Notes: generated by a model not told the origin, from the letters alone. A stretch of 64,000 bases of DNA from a bacterium (GCA_965242885.1 CBDETH010000008.1:2809640-2873639), one strand, 5' to 3'; shown: positions 28,013 to 37,587, counted from the first letter of the stretch. A program made the numbers and translations.

Positions 28013-28376
28013 AGATCTGAAACGGTTCGAAAAGCTCCTGCTCGAAAAACGCGAAACGCTGTTGCATGAGCTGGGCTATTTCGGAAACAAGACGATTAAC
28101 TCGGCGGCGCGAGATGTCGCGGGCAGCTATCCCTTTTCGGAACATCCGGCGGACCAGGGCACCGAATCGATGGAGCAGGAACAGGCCTATGACCTCGCTT
28201 CCCGCGAGGGACGGTTCCTGTTTCATATCGACGAAGCCCTGGAGCGCATCAAGAACGGCGCTTACGGACTTTGCTACGTGTGCAATGGAGAAATCGGCAA
28301 GGCCCGGCTCGAGGCCGTACCCCACGCCCGGATGTGCATTGAGTGTAAATCCAAGGAAGAACGAGGTCTGATCTAA
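28002..28376 (+). CDS. TraR/DksA-family C4 zinc-finger transcription factor
   Basis: C-terminal CYVCNGEIGKARLEAVPHARMCIECK four-Cys finger and coiled-coil N-terminus; ATG at 28002 preceded by GGAGG. Confidence 0.75.
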   Translation: MTGEDLKRFEKLLLEKRETLLHELGYFGNKTINSAARDVAGSYPFSEHPADQGTESMEQEQAYDLASREGRFLFHIDEALERIKNGAYGLCYVCNGEIGKARLEAVPHARMCIECKSKEERGLI

Positions 28377-28395
28377 CATCTCCGGACTGAAAGCT

Positions 28396-28872
28396 TTGGC
28401 AAAGCCGGCCGTCGTCTGCGCCGGCATCCTGATCCTGGACCAGATTACCAAGATCGCCGTTCAGCAGGGGATGGCGCTTCACCAGTCCTATCCCCTCCTG
28501 GGGGAAGTGGTCCAGTTAACGTACATCCGGAATCCCGGAGCCGCGTTCGGCATCACCCTTGGCGGCCGCTGGCTCTACCTTGTCCTGTCGGTCGTCGCCA
28601 TCGCGGTCATGGTATATTACCTATTCAGGCTTCCACCCGTCGAACGGTGGGGGCGGTATGCCATGATGAGCATACTGGGCGGCGCGATTGGCAACCTGAT
28701 CGATCGCGCGGCCTACGGCGAGGTTACGGATTTCATCGATATCGGAGTGGAAGCGTTCCGATGGCCCGTATTCAACGTGGCGGACTCCGCCATCACCATC
28801 GGGATCGTCCTCCTGTTCACCCGTCTGCCCGCCATCAACCGGATACTAAACGATGAAGCGCCTTCCGGATGA
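28396..28872 (+). CDS. lspA: Lipoprotein signal peptidase (signal peptidase II)
   Basis: Four TM segments with conserved LspA blocks: NPGAAFG, DRAAYGEVTDFID and FNVADSAI. Confidence 0.9.
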   Translation: MAKPAVVCAGILILDQITKIAVQQGMALHQSYPLLGEVVQLTYIRNPGAAFGITLGGRWLYLVLSVVAIAVMVYYLFRLPPVERWGRYAMMSILGGAIGNLIDRAAYGEVTDFIDIGVEAFRWPVFNVADSAITIGIVLLFTRLPAINRILNDEAPSG

Positions 28873-29866
28873 CTGGGAGGGATCCTTCGTCGAGACCGTG
28901 GTACCCGCCTCGCAGTCCCAGTGGCGACTGGACCGGTACCTGTCGCAAACGGACCTGCCGGTAACCAGGTCGAGAATACAGCGCTGGATCCGGGCCGGCG
29001 CGGTTTCGGTCAACTCGGTCGTCGTGGAAAAGTGCGGCCACGGGGTTTCCGAAGGCGACGTCGTCGCCGTGACCATACCTGAAACCCCTCCCTCTACCGC
29101 GGAGCCGGAGCCCATCCCGCTGGACATCGTCTACGAAGACGAAGCGCTCCTGGTGGTGAACAAGGCGGCGGGCATGGTCGTGCATCCGGCTGCAGGACAC
29201 GCACGTTCGACGCTGGTAAACGCCCTGTTGCACCACTGCGGAAGCCTGGAGCAGTTCGACGACCCGGTCCGGCCGGGCATCGTGCACCGGCTGGACAAGG
29301 ATACGTCCGGCCTGATGATCGTGGCGAAACGCGAAGACGCCCACGCTTTTCTCTCGCGCCAGCTGGCCGAGCGCCGCATCAAGCGCGGTTACACCGGCCT
29401 GGCATGGGGCCGTTTCGCCGAATCATCGGGCACGATCGACGCCCCGGTCGGACGGCATCCGCGGTTCAGGCAGCGGATGGCCGTGGTGGAGGAAAGCCGT
29501 GGCCGACGGGCCGTCACTCATTATCGCGTGAGCGAATCCATGGAAGACGGGACGTTACTGGCCCTGGCGCTGGAAACCGGCCGCACCCACCAGATCAGGG
29601 TGCACCTGGCCCACCTGGGCCATCCCGTCATAGGCGATCCGGTCTACGGTGGAAGGCTCAAGCGGCTGGCTGGCACGGCGCCCCGGCGTCGCCCGAAGTT
29701 AAAAAAGATGCTGGATGTCCTGCGGCGGCAGGCGCTGCATGCATCCGAACTGGAGTTTATCCATCCCTACTCGGGTAGGCCCCATTCCTTCCGGGCAATC
29801 CTACCCGAAGATATGAAACAGGCTGTCGCTTTTCTGTCCGACAGTACGTTTACGACCGGATCCTGA
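28853..29866 (+). CDS. rluD: RluA-family 23S rRNA pseudouridine synthase (RluD-like)
   Basis: S4 domain N-terminus; HRLDKDTSGLMIVAK catalytic Asp motif. Confidence 0.85.
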   Translation: MKRLPDDWEGSFVETVVPASQSQWRLDRYLSQTDLPVTRSRIQRWIRAGAVSVNSVVVEKCGHGVSEGDVVAVTIPETPPSTAEPEPIPLDIVYEDEALLVVNKAAGMVVHPAAGHARSTLVNALLHHCGSLEQFDDPVRPGIVHRLDKDTSGLMIVAKREDAHAFLSRQLAERRIKRGYTGLAWGRFAESSGTIDAPVGRHPRFRQRMAVVEESRGRRAVTHYRVSESMEDGTLLALALETGRTHQIRVHLAHLGHPVIGDPVYGGRLKRLAGTAPRRRPKLKKMLDVLRRQALHASELEFIHPYSGRPHSFRAILPEDMKQAVAFLSDSTFTTGS

Positions 29867-29920
29867 CCGGAACGACCGGATCCTGACCGGAACGGCCGGA
29901 TCCTGACCGGAACGACCGGG
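29855..29920. repeat. 20-bp x3.3 tandem repeat (accggatcctgaccggaacg) embedding the rluD stop codon
   Basis: Direct reading. Confidence 0.9.
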
Positions 29921-29953
29921 GGCCCTGAAACCGCCCGTGGAAACGGGCGCACT

Positions 29954-31723
29954 TTGACCGATACCGCCATGCTCGATTCAACCGTCGTCGAAACCCGTTC
30001 GGATATCCTGTGGCACCGTGTGGTCGATGGGCTGACCCGAATGACCGCCGCAACGGGAGAAGCTGACCTGTCCGCCGCCATCGAGGAGATCTCGCTGGAG
30101 CTTTCCGGCGCGGAAGCCTGCCGGTTCTTCATGGTGGACTGTGTCTCGAACCGGATCGTCTTCGAAACTACCGGCCGCTATTTAGTCCTGCCTGACAAGG
30201 AGCGTGAGGTCGAGGCGCTGCTGTCCTGGATGCGGTCCCAGCCGAGTACCCGGCTGGTCGAGGACGTCCGGCAACTGGACTGGCCCCTGCAGACCGTGTA
30301 CGGCCGCGACGTACTGACCGGCCAGGCCGTACTGTTTCATCACCAGATCGACGACCGGTTTCACTGCGTGCTGCTTGCGGCCATGGCATCCGCTGAGACC
30401 GGCTTCGACCCCGAACGCCTCGAGGTCACCATCTCCCTGGCGCGCCACGCCGGCTACGCGGTCACGCGCCTGCTGCATTTCAAGCAGGCCCAACAGGAAA
30501 TGATCCACCGGACCGCCCTGTACGAGGTGGGCAAGAGGATCAGCAGTTCGCTGGACCTGGGCGAGGTGTTAAACCTGATCATCGACGCGCTTCAGACGGT
30601 GGTGCCCTACGACGCGGCGGTCATCTTCCTGCTCGACGAGGACCAGGACGCAGTCGTCGAACGGACCATCCGGGGATATTCTCCGGACCTGGACGCGATC
30701 AACCTGAAGATGGGGGAAGGCATCAGCGGATCCGCGGCCGAAACGGGACAGGCGATCATCGTGCCGGACGTGTCCCGGGACGACCGGTACGTGCAGCACC
30801 GTCCGGGCACGAAATCGGAAATGGCCGTTCCCATGCTCTCCGGGAACCAGGTCATCGGGGTCTTCAACATCGAAAACGACCGGGCGAACGCCTACGACGA
30901 GGAAGCCCAGTCCCTGCTGGAGGCCTTTGCGTCCCAGGCGAGTATCGCCATACAGAACGCGCGCCTTTTCGAAGACGCGCGGCGGAGCCGGCTGCTTGAC
31001 CGGGAGCTGGAGGTCGCCGGGGAGATCCAGCGTGCTTTGCTGCCACGCGCCGTGCCGGATGTGCGCGGCCTTTCCCTTGCCGCATTCAGCGAACCCAGCC
31101 GGGAGGTCGGGGGCGACTTCTACGATTTCATTCCCTTTTCGGACAAGCAGCTGGGCGTGGCCGTGGGCGACGTGGTCGGCAAGGGCATTCCCGCCGCGCT
31201 GACCATGGCTTCGCTCTATACGTCGTTCCACGAATTCGCCAATTACTACGTGTACCTACCGAGTTACGTCATCGGTCACGTCAACGAAGTCCTGTACGAG
31301 GTCACTTCCGCCGATCGGTTCGCCACCCTGTTCTACGGTATTGTGAACCTGCAGGAGAACACCTTCGTCTACTGCAACGCCGGCCATCCACCGCCCCTGT
31401 TGTGCCGTAAATCCGGTGAAACGGTCAATCTCCACGCCGGGGGCCTGATCGTGGGCTCGTTCGAGGACGCGAGTTTCGAGGACGGCCGCGTATACCTGGA
31501 CGATGGAGATGTCGTGGTCCTGTATTCGGACGGCCTCATCGAGAAGTCCAACCTGGACGACGAAATCTTCGGCATCGAAAGGCTGGAACAGGCGATCAAG
31601 GACTGCCATGACTGCCCGGTCGAGGAGATCCGGGACCACGTGATCGCGGTGTGGCGCGCCTTCGTGGGCGGCGGCGGCCAGGATGACGACACAACGATGA
31701 TCGTCGTAAAGAAAGAACCATGA
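29954..31723 (+). CDS. GAF-domain PP2C-type (SpoIIE/RsbU-like) serine/threonine phosphatase
   Basis: Two GAF-like regions then a PP2C domain with metal-binding GGDFYDF and DGD/YSDG motifs. Confidence 0.8.
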   Translation: MTDTAMLDSTVVETRSDILWHRVVDGLTRMTAATGEADLSAAIEEISLELSGAEACRFFMVDCVSNRIVFETTGRYLVLPDKEREVEALLSWMRSQPSTRLVEDVRQLDWPLQTVYGRDVLTGQAVLFHHQIDDRFHCVLLAAMASAETGFDPERLEVTISLARHAGYAVTRLLHFKQAQQEMIHRTALYEVGKRISSSLDLGEVLNLIIDALQTVVPYDAAVIFLLDEDQDAVVERTIRGYSPDLDAINLKMGEGISGSAAETGQAIIVPDVSRDDRYVQHRPGTKSEMAVPMLSGNQVIGVFNIENDRANAYDEEAQSLLEAFASQASIAIQNARLFEDARRSRLLDRELEVAGEIQRALLPRAVPDVRGLSLAAFSEPSREVGGDFYDFIPFSDKQLGVAVGDVVGKGIPAALTMASLYTSFHEFANYYVYLPSYVIGHVNEVLYEVTSADRFATLFYGIVNLQENTFVYCNAGHPPPLLCRKSGETVNLHAGGLIVGSFEDASFEDGRVYLDDGDVVVLYSDGLIEKSNLDDEIFGIERLEQAIKDCHDCPVEEIRDHVIAVWRAFVGGGGQDDDTTMIVVKKEP

Positions 31724-31797
31724 TTTCAGGGTGAACCGGAGGCAGGCACGACCGGTCAACAAGAGATTCACGTACAGGGAACAGCGGAGGATTACGC

Positions 31798-32763
31798 ATG
31801 GGCGTTCGTATAGGTTTTATCGGAACCGGCGGCATTGCGGGCATGCACCTGGGACTCCTGCCAGATATCGAGCGGGCCGAACTCGTGGCATACGCGGATA
31901 TCCAGGTCGAGCGCGCGCAGGCGGCAGCCGACCGGTGCGGAGGCCGCGCGTACGGCGATTATCGCGAGATGCTGGAACGGGAAGAACTGGATGCCGTGTA
32001 CGTATGCCTCCCGCCCTACGCCCACGGTGATCCCGAAATGGCGGTACTGGAACGCGACCTCCACCTCTTCGTCGAGAAACCCCAGGCGCTGGACGTGGAT
32101 ACCGCCCGTGACATCGCGGCGAAGGTCCAGGAACGCGGCGTACTCTCGTGCGTGGGATACAACTGGCGGTACCAGGACGCGACGGAGAAAGCACGGAACC
32201 TGTTGGCTGGCGTGCGTCCGGCCCTGGCGATCGGGTACTGGATCGGGAACACGCCCGGATCCCCCTGGTGGCGCGTGAAGGCGAAGTCGGGCGGACAGAT
32301 TGTGGAGCAGACCACGCACGTGTACGACTGCGCGCGGTACCTCATGGGGGACGTGGTCAGCGTCTACGCGGCGGGAACGAAGGGGCGGATGCTGGATCTG
32401 CCGAACTACGACGTGGAGGACGCCAGCACGGTGTCGCTCGTGTTTGAAAGCGGCGCCGTGGCCACCATACTCTCTTCCTGTGTCGCCGAACAGGGTTATG
32501 GAACCGCCCTGGAGGTCATTGCCCGGGGCCTCACAGTGAAGATCACAGGAGGAGACCTGGAGGTCGTGCGCCAAGAAGAAACGGTGCGGTATCCGGGCCG
32601 GAACAACCCGTACAAGCTCGAAAACGAACTGTTCCTGCAGGCCATCGAGGAGAAGAATCCATCCCTCGTCCGATCGGCCTACGGCGACGTCGTCAACAGC
32701 CTGGCCGTAACCCTCGCGGCGAATGAATCCATGGAATCGGGCGAGGTCATCCACCTCGCGTAG
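31798..32763 (+). CDS. Gfo/Idh/MocA-family NAD(P)-dependent oxidoreductase
   Basis: Rossmann GFIGTGGIAGMH N-terminus and C-terminal GFO_IDH_MocA_C-like region. Confidence 0.8.
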   Translation: MGVRIGFIGTGGIAGMHLGLLPDIERAELVAYADIQVERAQAAADRCGGRAYGDYREMLEREELDAVYVCLPPYAHGDPEMAVLERDLHLFVEKPQALDVDTARDIAAKVQERGVLSCVGYNWRYQDATEKARNLLAGVRPALAIGYWIGNTPGSPWWRVKAKSGGQIVEQTTHVYDCARYLMGDVVSVYAAGTKGRMLDLPNYDVEDASTVSLVFESGAVATILSSCVAEQGYGTALEVIARGLTVKITGGDLEVVRQEETVRYPGRNNPYKLENELFLQAIEEKNPSLVRSAYGDVVNSLAVTLAANESMESGEVIHLA

Positions 32764-32793
32764 ACCGTGCGGTTCGGCCGATGGTCCGGCGGC

Positions 32794-32996
32794 GCGGTTA
32801 CCCGGACTCGCGTCAGCCCGAAAGCACGGTGGACGCGGTTACCCGGACTCGCGTCAGCCCGAAAGCACGGTGGACGCGGCGACACGGACGATTCCCGCGG
32901 TCAGCCTGGTCGGCCCGCAGGCCCGGCTACCGTTCATGTTCGACACGGACGGATCCCGCGGTCAGCCTGGCCAGCCTGGTCAGCCTGGTCAGGCCA
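32794..32996. repeat. Composite repeat block in a convergent intergenic region: 41-bp x2 perfect tandem, a dispersed ~30-bp pair, then (cagcctggY)x3
   Basis: gcggttacccggactcgcgtcagcccgaaagcacggtggac x2; gacacggacgNatcccgcggtcagcctgg x2; ends at the stop codon of the minus-strand isomerase gene. Confidence 0.9.
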
Positions 32997-33855
32997 GGTA
33001 GCGCCTGAGGTTGTCGAGTCCGATGCGGACACCGTCGACGGGATGCTCGAGTCCTTCGAATTCGATAGAAAGCACGCCATCGTATCCGTGGCGTGTGAGG
33101 ACGTGCAGGCAGGAGGCCAGGGGGACTTCCCCGTGGCCGACGATAGCCCCCCGGAGATAGTTGCCGCCCCGCGTGCGGAACCATCCCTCACCGGGGTTGG
33201 AAGTCGTGCCCGCCCTGGTGTGGAAGTCCTTGGCGTGGACGTGAAAGGCGTAAGGGATCAGACGTCCCACGGCGGCGTCCGGCGGTTCGTCCACGCACAG
33301 GAAGTTGCCGATGTCGATGAGCACGCCGAAATTCTCGTGATTCACGGCGTTGACCAGTCTTTCCACCCGCTCGCTGTCCTGGCAGAACATCCCGTGGTTC
33401 TCCACCATGGTCCGGACGCCCAGGTCCGCCGCGAACTCCGTGACCGACCGGATCGCCGGGACGAGGACGGCCAGGGCATCATCGAATGAACGCCCGCCGG
33501 GACGGCTGTCGGGAAACCCCCTCGTGGCGTCGTGGCGCATGCCGGGCGCCCCGAGCAGGTGGGCGATGCGTACCTCGTCTTTCACCCGTTCCACCTCGCG
33601 TTGACTGTCTCCCCCGCTTCCGTTGATGAAGTCCGCCCCGATCGTGTAGTTGGCGATGGGAAGACCTGCCTCATCGCAGGCCGTGCGCACATCGGGAGCG
33701 TACTGTTCGAACGGTTCGTCTCCGGGCGGGTGCAGCGAGGAGAACTCGATCACATCGTATCCGAGTTCCGCCGTCTTGCGGATGGCGTCGAATTCCGTCA
33801 TCTCGCCACTTCGGATCAGCCGGCTGTAACTGTAAGAACTGACCCCGATCTGCAT
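32989..33855 (-). CDS. Sugar phosphate isomerase/epimerase (xylose-isomerase-like TIM barrel)
   Basis: MQIGVSSYSYSRLIRSGEMTEFDAIRKTAELGYDVIEF is typical of AP-endonuclease-2/xylose-isomerase-like TIM barrels. Start chosen at ATG 33855; the ORF track's extension to 34281 overlaps ispH and is rejected. Confidence 0.7.
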   Translation of the reverse strand: MQIGVSSYSYSRLIRSGEMTEFDAIRKTAELGYDVIEFSSLHPPGDEPFEQYAPDVRTACDEAGLPIANYTIGADFINGSGGDSQREVERVKDEVRIAHLLGAPGMRHDATRGFPDSRPGGRSFDDALAVLVPAIRSVTEFAADLGVRTMVENHGMFCQDSERVERLVNAVNHENFGVLIDIGNFLCVDEPPDAAVGRLIPYAFHVHAKDFHTRAGTTSNPGEGWFRTRGGNYLRGAIVGHGEVPLASCLHVLTRHGYDGVLSIEFEGLEHPVDGVRIGLDNLRRYLA

Positions 33856-33872
33856 GGCACTCCCGGGTGGGT

Positions 33873-35129
33873 TTATGAGGCGGAAACGACGGGTTGGCGG
33901 ACCGCGTGCTCGTATTCGGCGAGGACTTCCGCTACCGGCGGTGCGTCGGGGAAGAAAGAGAGAATGCGCAGCAATACGTTGTCCAGCATGATATCGGGGC
34001 AGGACGCGCCGCAGGTCAGGATGATGTCGACGGGCCGGGTGGCCGGCAGCCAGTCGATGGTCGCGACGATCGACTTGGATTCCAGGTCGAAATGGCGGAT
34101 CTGCCTGTCCGACAGGATGTCCTTGCTGCTGTTGATGAAGAATGTGCTGATCGTTTCCTCGCAGAGTTCCACCAGGTGGGAGGTGTTGGACGAGTTGTAG
34201 CCGCCGACCACGAGGGCGACGTCCGCCCCCTTCTCGATCATGGCGTAGGTGGCGTTCTGGTTCTCGTTGCTCGCGTAGCACAGGGTATCGGAGGTATCGG
34301 CGAAGTGATCGGCGATGCGCTCGGTACCGTACCGTTCCTCCAGTGCTTCCCGGATCAGCCGCGCGATCTCGTGGGTCTCACTGGCGAGCATGGTGGTCTG
34401 GTTGATCACGCCGACCCGGTCCAGATGAATTTCCGGGTCGAATCCCTCCGAGCAGTTTTCGCCGAATACATCGAAGAACCGTTCCCGGTCGACCTTCCCC
34501 GTGATGATATCGGCAAGGATGAGGGTCTCCTCCCGATTCCGCACCACGACGGTCGGGGCCTGCTGGACGCTGTGGGAGAAGGTCGCGCGCGTCTCCTCGT
34601 GCCGGGGCTTGCCGTGAATGACGACCGTGAACCCCTGCTGGCCGATCTGACCGCCCCGGGTCCAGACTTTCTCGACGAAGGGGCAGGTCGTATCGTAGGT
34701 GCAGAAGTCGATCCCGCGGCGGGTCAGCATTTCCTTGATCTCCACCGTGGTGCCGAAGGCGGGGACGACGACCAGGTCGTCCCGGGTCAGTTCATCCCAG
34801 GGAATGAGCTGTTCGCCGAGGGTGGTATGGATGAACTGGATGCCCCGGGACTGCAGGTCGGTATTGACGTTGGGATTGTGGATCATCTCGCTGAGCAGGA
34901 AGATCCGCTTGTCCGGGTTTTCCTCCAGCGTCTTGTACACGATCTCGATCGCGTTTTCCACGCCGTAGCAGAAACCGAAATGCCGGGCGAAAATGAACCG
35001 TACGCCGCCGAAATCCAGGATGGAAGGCGACAGGTCTTTCTTCTTGGGATCAATCAGCCTCCGGCCCTGCTTGATCCGGGAGGTGATCTCACTCTTGTAG
35101 TAACTGGGAATGTCGAACTGGCGCGCCAT
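33873..35129 (-). CDS. ispH: 4-hydroxy-3-methylbut-2-enyl diphosphate reductase, long form
   Basis: GFCYGVENAIEI, HNPNV and Fe-S Cys ligand regions; N- and C-terminal extensions relative to the ~310-aa E. coli enzyme. Confidence 0.8.
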   Translation of the reverse strand: MARQFDIPSYYKSEITSRIKQGRRLIDPKKKDLSPSILDFGGVRFIFARHFGFCYGVENAIEIVYKTLEENPDKRIFLLSEMIHNPNVNTDLQSRGIQFIHTTLGEQLIPWDELTRDDLVVVPAFGTTVEIKEMLTRRGIDFCTYDTTCPFVEKVWTRGGQIGQQGFTVVIHGKPRHEETRATFSHSVQQAPTVVVRNREETLILADIITGKVDRERFFDVFGENCSEGFDPEIHLDRVGVINQTTMLASETHEIARLIREALEERYGTERIADHFADTSDTLCYASNENQNATYAMIEKGADVALVVGGYNSSNTSHLVELCEETISTFFINSSKDILSDRQIRHFDLESKSIVATIDWLPATRPVDIILTCGASCPDIMLDNVLLRILSFFPDAPPVAEVLAEYEHAVRQPVVSAS

Positions 35130-35218
35130 CGCTAAGCCCTTGTGGATATAGCCTTTACCGGTATACCAAATTTAACATGGAACGCCCGGCGGGGCAACGG
35201 TTTTCGGTTTCTGACGGG

Positions 35219-36478
35219 TCAGATCCTGTGCGCCAGGGTTTCGTCGATGTGTTTTTTCAGATATACGGTAAAAGGCGTGCCGCCCGTGCCAACATGGCCC
35301 TTGTTCTCCCGCTGCCCTGGCTTGAGCACGTACATGGCGGCGTACTCGATATGCAGACGCCGGAACTCATACAGTGCTTCTACCGCGGCGTTGTAGGCGT
35401 TTTTCAGGCCGGGCTCGCGGTCCCTTCGTTCAAGGACGAAATCGCGGACGGACGGTCCCGCTTCCAACGTTTCGATGAAGTGCCGGTCCTGCGCGGGCAT
35501 GTAGTCGCGCATTTCCATCAGGTAGGCCCGCATCTCATCGTAACCGTGCTCGATCCCGAGAAAACCGTCCATGACGTATATGACCGCGCTTTGCGCACCG
35601 GTTTCGCCGCGGAACTGTCGCGGTTTTCCTCCATAGGCCTCCACGCCTGAATACACCATGCCTTCGGGCAGTTCGGGGTTGTTCTTCCAGCCGAACATGT
35701 ACGGCCTGACCCGGTGATAGTAAGTATTGGGATCACATCGTTCCGTCATGCGCTCAAGGACCGCTCGCATCTCATGGAGCGTCCCGGTCACAGCGTCCAG
35801 GCAGCGGGCGACGGTCCCGGTATCGCCCCGCAACACTGCATCCTGGCCGGGGATCAGCACGGAGAGCGCCCGCCCGGAGACGGCCTCGATATGCACGTGG
35901 ATCGTGACGAACCACTCCTCGTCCATCCCGCCGAGGAAGTTCAGCATCATGTGGAGATTGCCGACTTCGACGGGTCCCTGTCGGTCGAACCTGCGCCAGT
36001 TGTACATGACCTGAGAGGCGTAGGTCAGCATGGGAGGCCGTCCAAGGCGGCAGGCCACACCGTGCCAGGCCGTGGCCAGGTTCCGCGGGATGGCCGTGGC
36101 CACCGGGTGATCGGGGGCGAAAACGTACATGTTGGCCAGGAAGGACAGCAGGCTCATGGCCCGTTCATGCTCGGCCAGGGTTTCCAGCGTGTTCACGGGA
36201 AAGGAGGGCAGGTCTTCTATCGTCGGGCGGATGTGCCGTGTCAGGGCCAGTTTGGGCAGCACGCCGCCGGCCTGCTCCCATTCCTCAAAGGGCTCGGTCA
36301 GGCGGGTAAGCGGGTCATCGGGCGGAAGAAAACCGTGGGTGAAGTCACGTGTTTCGGGTGACATCAAGGCGGCGTACAGGGGATCCGGTTCCACCTGGGT
36401 CATGGGAGACCCTCCGGGATGCGTCCCGCCGGGATGTGTCCCGCCGGGATGTGTCCCGGAGGGAAATCCGGCCCTCAT
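35219..36478 (-). CDS. Indoleamine 2,3-dioxygenase (IDO) family haem dioxygenase
   Basis: Blocks GETGAQSAVIYVMD and YLMEMRDYMPAQDRHFIE correspond to the IDO GGSAGQSS and FLQDMRRYMP regions, with a proximal His context. N-terminus carries a (GTHPG)x3 repeat; an alternative ATG lies at 36403. Confidence 0.7.
   Translation of the reverse strand: MRAGFPSGTHPGGTHPGGTHPGGSPMTQVEPDPLYAALMSPETRDFTHGFLPPDDPLTRLTEPFEEWEQAGGVLPKLALTRHIRPTIEDLPSFPVNTLETLAEHERAMSLLSFLANMYVFAPDHPVATAIPRNLATAWHGVACRLGRPPMLTYASQVMYNWRRFDRQGPVEVGNLHMMLNFLGGMDEEWFVTIHVHIEAVSGRALSVLIPGQDAVLRGDTGTVARCLDAVTGTLHEMRAVLERMTERCDPNTYYHRVRPYMFGWKNNPELPEGMVYSGVEAYGGKPRQFRGETGAQSAVIYVMDGFLGIEHGYDEMRAYLMEMRDYMPAQDRHFIETLEAGPSVRDFVLERRDREPGLKNAYNAAVEALYEFRRLHIEYAAMYVLKPGQRENKGHVGTGGTPFTVYLKKHIDETLAHRI
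36415..36459. repeat. 15-bp x3 tandem repeat (gggatgYgtcccgcc) at the 5' end of the IDO gene, encoding (GTHPG)3 on the minus strand
   Basis: Direct reading. Confidence 0.9.
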
Positions 36479-37569
36479 CAGGCCGTGATCTGAAAATCCT
36501 CGGCGTTCGGATCGTACACGTCGAAAAGGTCTTTTTTGGCGTAGTCCGCGGGGATGTCGCGGTACACTTCAAAGGGCGGATCGGCCCGGTAATGATCCGG
36601 ATCGGCCAGTCCGGCCGGTCCGGCCACCTCGCCGTCCCGGACCAGGTGGACGTTCACGTCATTGATCGAGGGCGGACACAGCCCCCGTTCGATCCCGACC
36701 TGCAGATAGACCAGGTTTTCGGGTTCGAAGCCCATGAGATGTGCCGCCACAAGGTCCACCGCGGCCATGGATGCACCGGCGACGACGAGACCGGCGGGAA
36801 AGTTGCGACCCAGATAGAAGGCGTTGCCGTCCCGGCCCACGATGCCCTCCACCACATTGAAATCGGGCTGGCAGGCCAGAAAGACGTCCCAGTGCATGTG
36901 GGCGATGGTCCGCTGCCAGGCCTCGTGGTCCTCGACGCGCATCCATTCCCGTCCCTGCTTGCGCCGGTCGTCGCGCCCGAACGTAGCGCGCCAAGCGTCC
37001 GAACAGAGGTGCCGCTCCGTGACCGGTATCATGACGCCTTGCTGGTTCTTGCCACACAGAGTGACCACGCCCAGGTTGTGGGTCTTCAGTTTGGGCACGT
37101 TGACGTAGAACACGTTCTCCGCGGCCGCCCAGCGGGAAATCCCGATGTTGTGAAGCTGAACCGTGTTTCCCGGGGTGACGCGCACGTTGCCATAGTCCGC
37201 CAGCTCGAGCAGCCGCACGCGTTTCTCGCGCGCCATCTCCGTGTAGCCGCTCCGGGCCCAGGCCAGGTCGCGCTGGGCCTGCGAAGTCAGCCTGCTGGTC
37301 GCTTCACCCACGTATACTTCATCGACCGGAACGCCCGCGTCTTCGACGAAGTAATCGACGAGTCCGGCCACGAAGGCCGGATGGGTGACGATGCCGCTGT
37401 TCCGCGGTGCCCCGGCCGTGACGTTGGGTTTCATCATCACGGCACGGTTCCCGGGATCGACATCCAGTGCGCGCAGCATCTCACGGGCCGGTCCGGCGAA
37501 GGCCGCATCGCTTAATGCGTCATCGCCGTCCAGGCGGGTTTTCAGGATGTACACATCGGGTCTGGACAT
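36478..37569 (-). CDS. Hypothetical protein (possibly DUF362-like), translationally coupled to the IDO gene
   Basis: 363-aa ORF with good codon structure and no competing recognisable gene. The family assignment is tentative and from memory of DUF362 architecture; its stop overlaps the IDO start by 1 nt. Confidence 0.45.
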   Translation of the reverse strand: MSRPDVYILKTRLDGDDALSDAAFAGPAREMLRALDVDPGNRAVMMKPNVTAGAPRNSGIVTHPAFVAGLVDYFVEDAGVPVDEVYVGEATSRLTSQAQRDLAWARSGYTEMAREKRVRLLELADYGNVRVTPGNTVQLHNIGISRWAAAENVFYVNVPKLKTHNLGVVTLCGKNQQGVMIPVTERHLCSDAWRATFGRDDRRKQGREWMRVEDHEAWQRTIAHMHWDVFLACQPDFNVVEGIVGRDGNAFYLGRNFPAGLVVAGASMAAVDLVAAHLMGFEPENLVYLQVGIERGLCPPSINDVNVHLVRDGEVAGPAGLADPDHYRADPPFEVYRDIPADYAKKDLFDVYDPNAEDFQITA

Positions 37570-37587
37570 TTACTCATCCCCTGCGGA

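Noticed and set aside
32723-33001. 92-aa ORF ending in GQPGQPGQPGQAR
   Set aside because: It is composed almost entirely of the intergenic tandem and dispersed repeats, overlaps the end of the upstream gene, and has no start context. It is more likely a non-coding repeat block.
32989-34281. 430-aa version of the sugar-phosphate isomerase ORF
   Set aside because: The upstream 141 aa are Arg/Pro-rich low complexity and overlap the ispH coding region. The conserved TIM-barrel N-terminus begins at the internal Met (33855).
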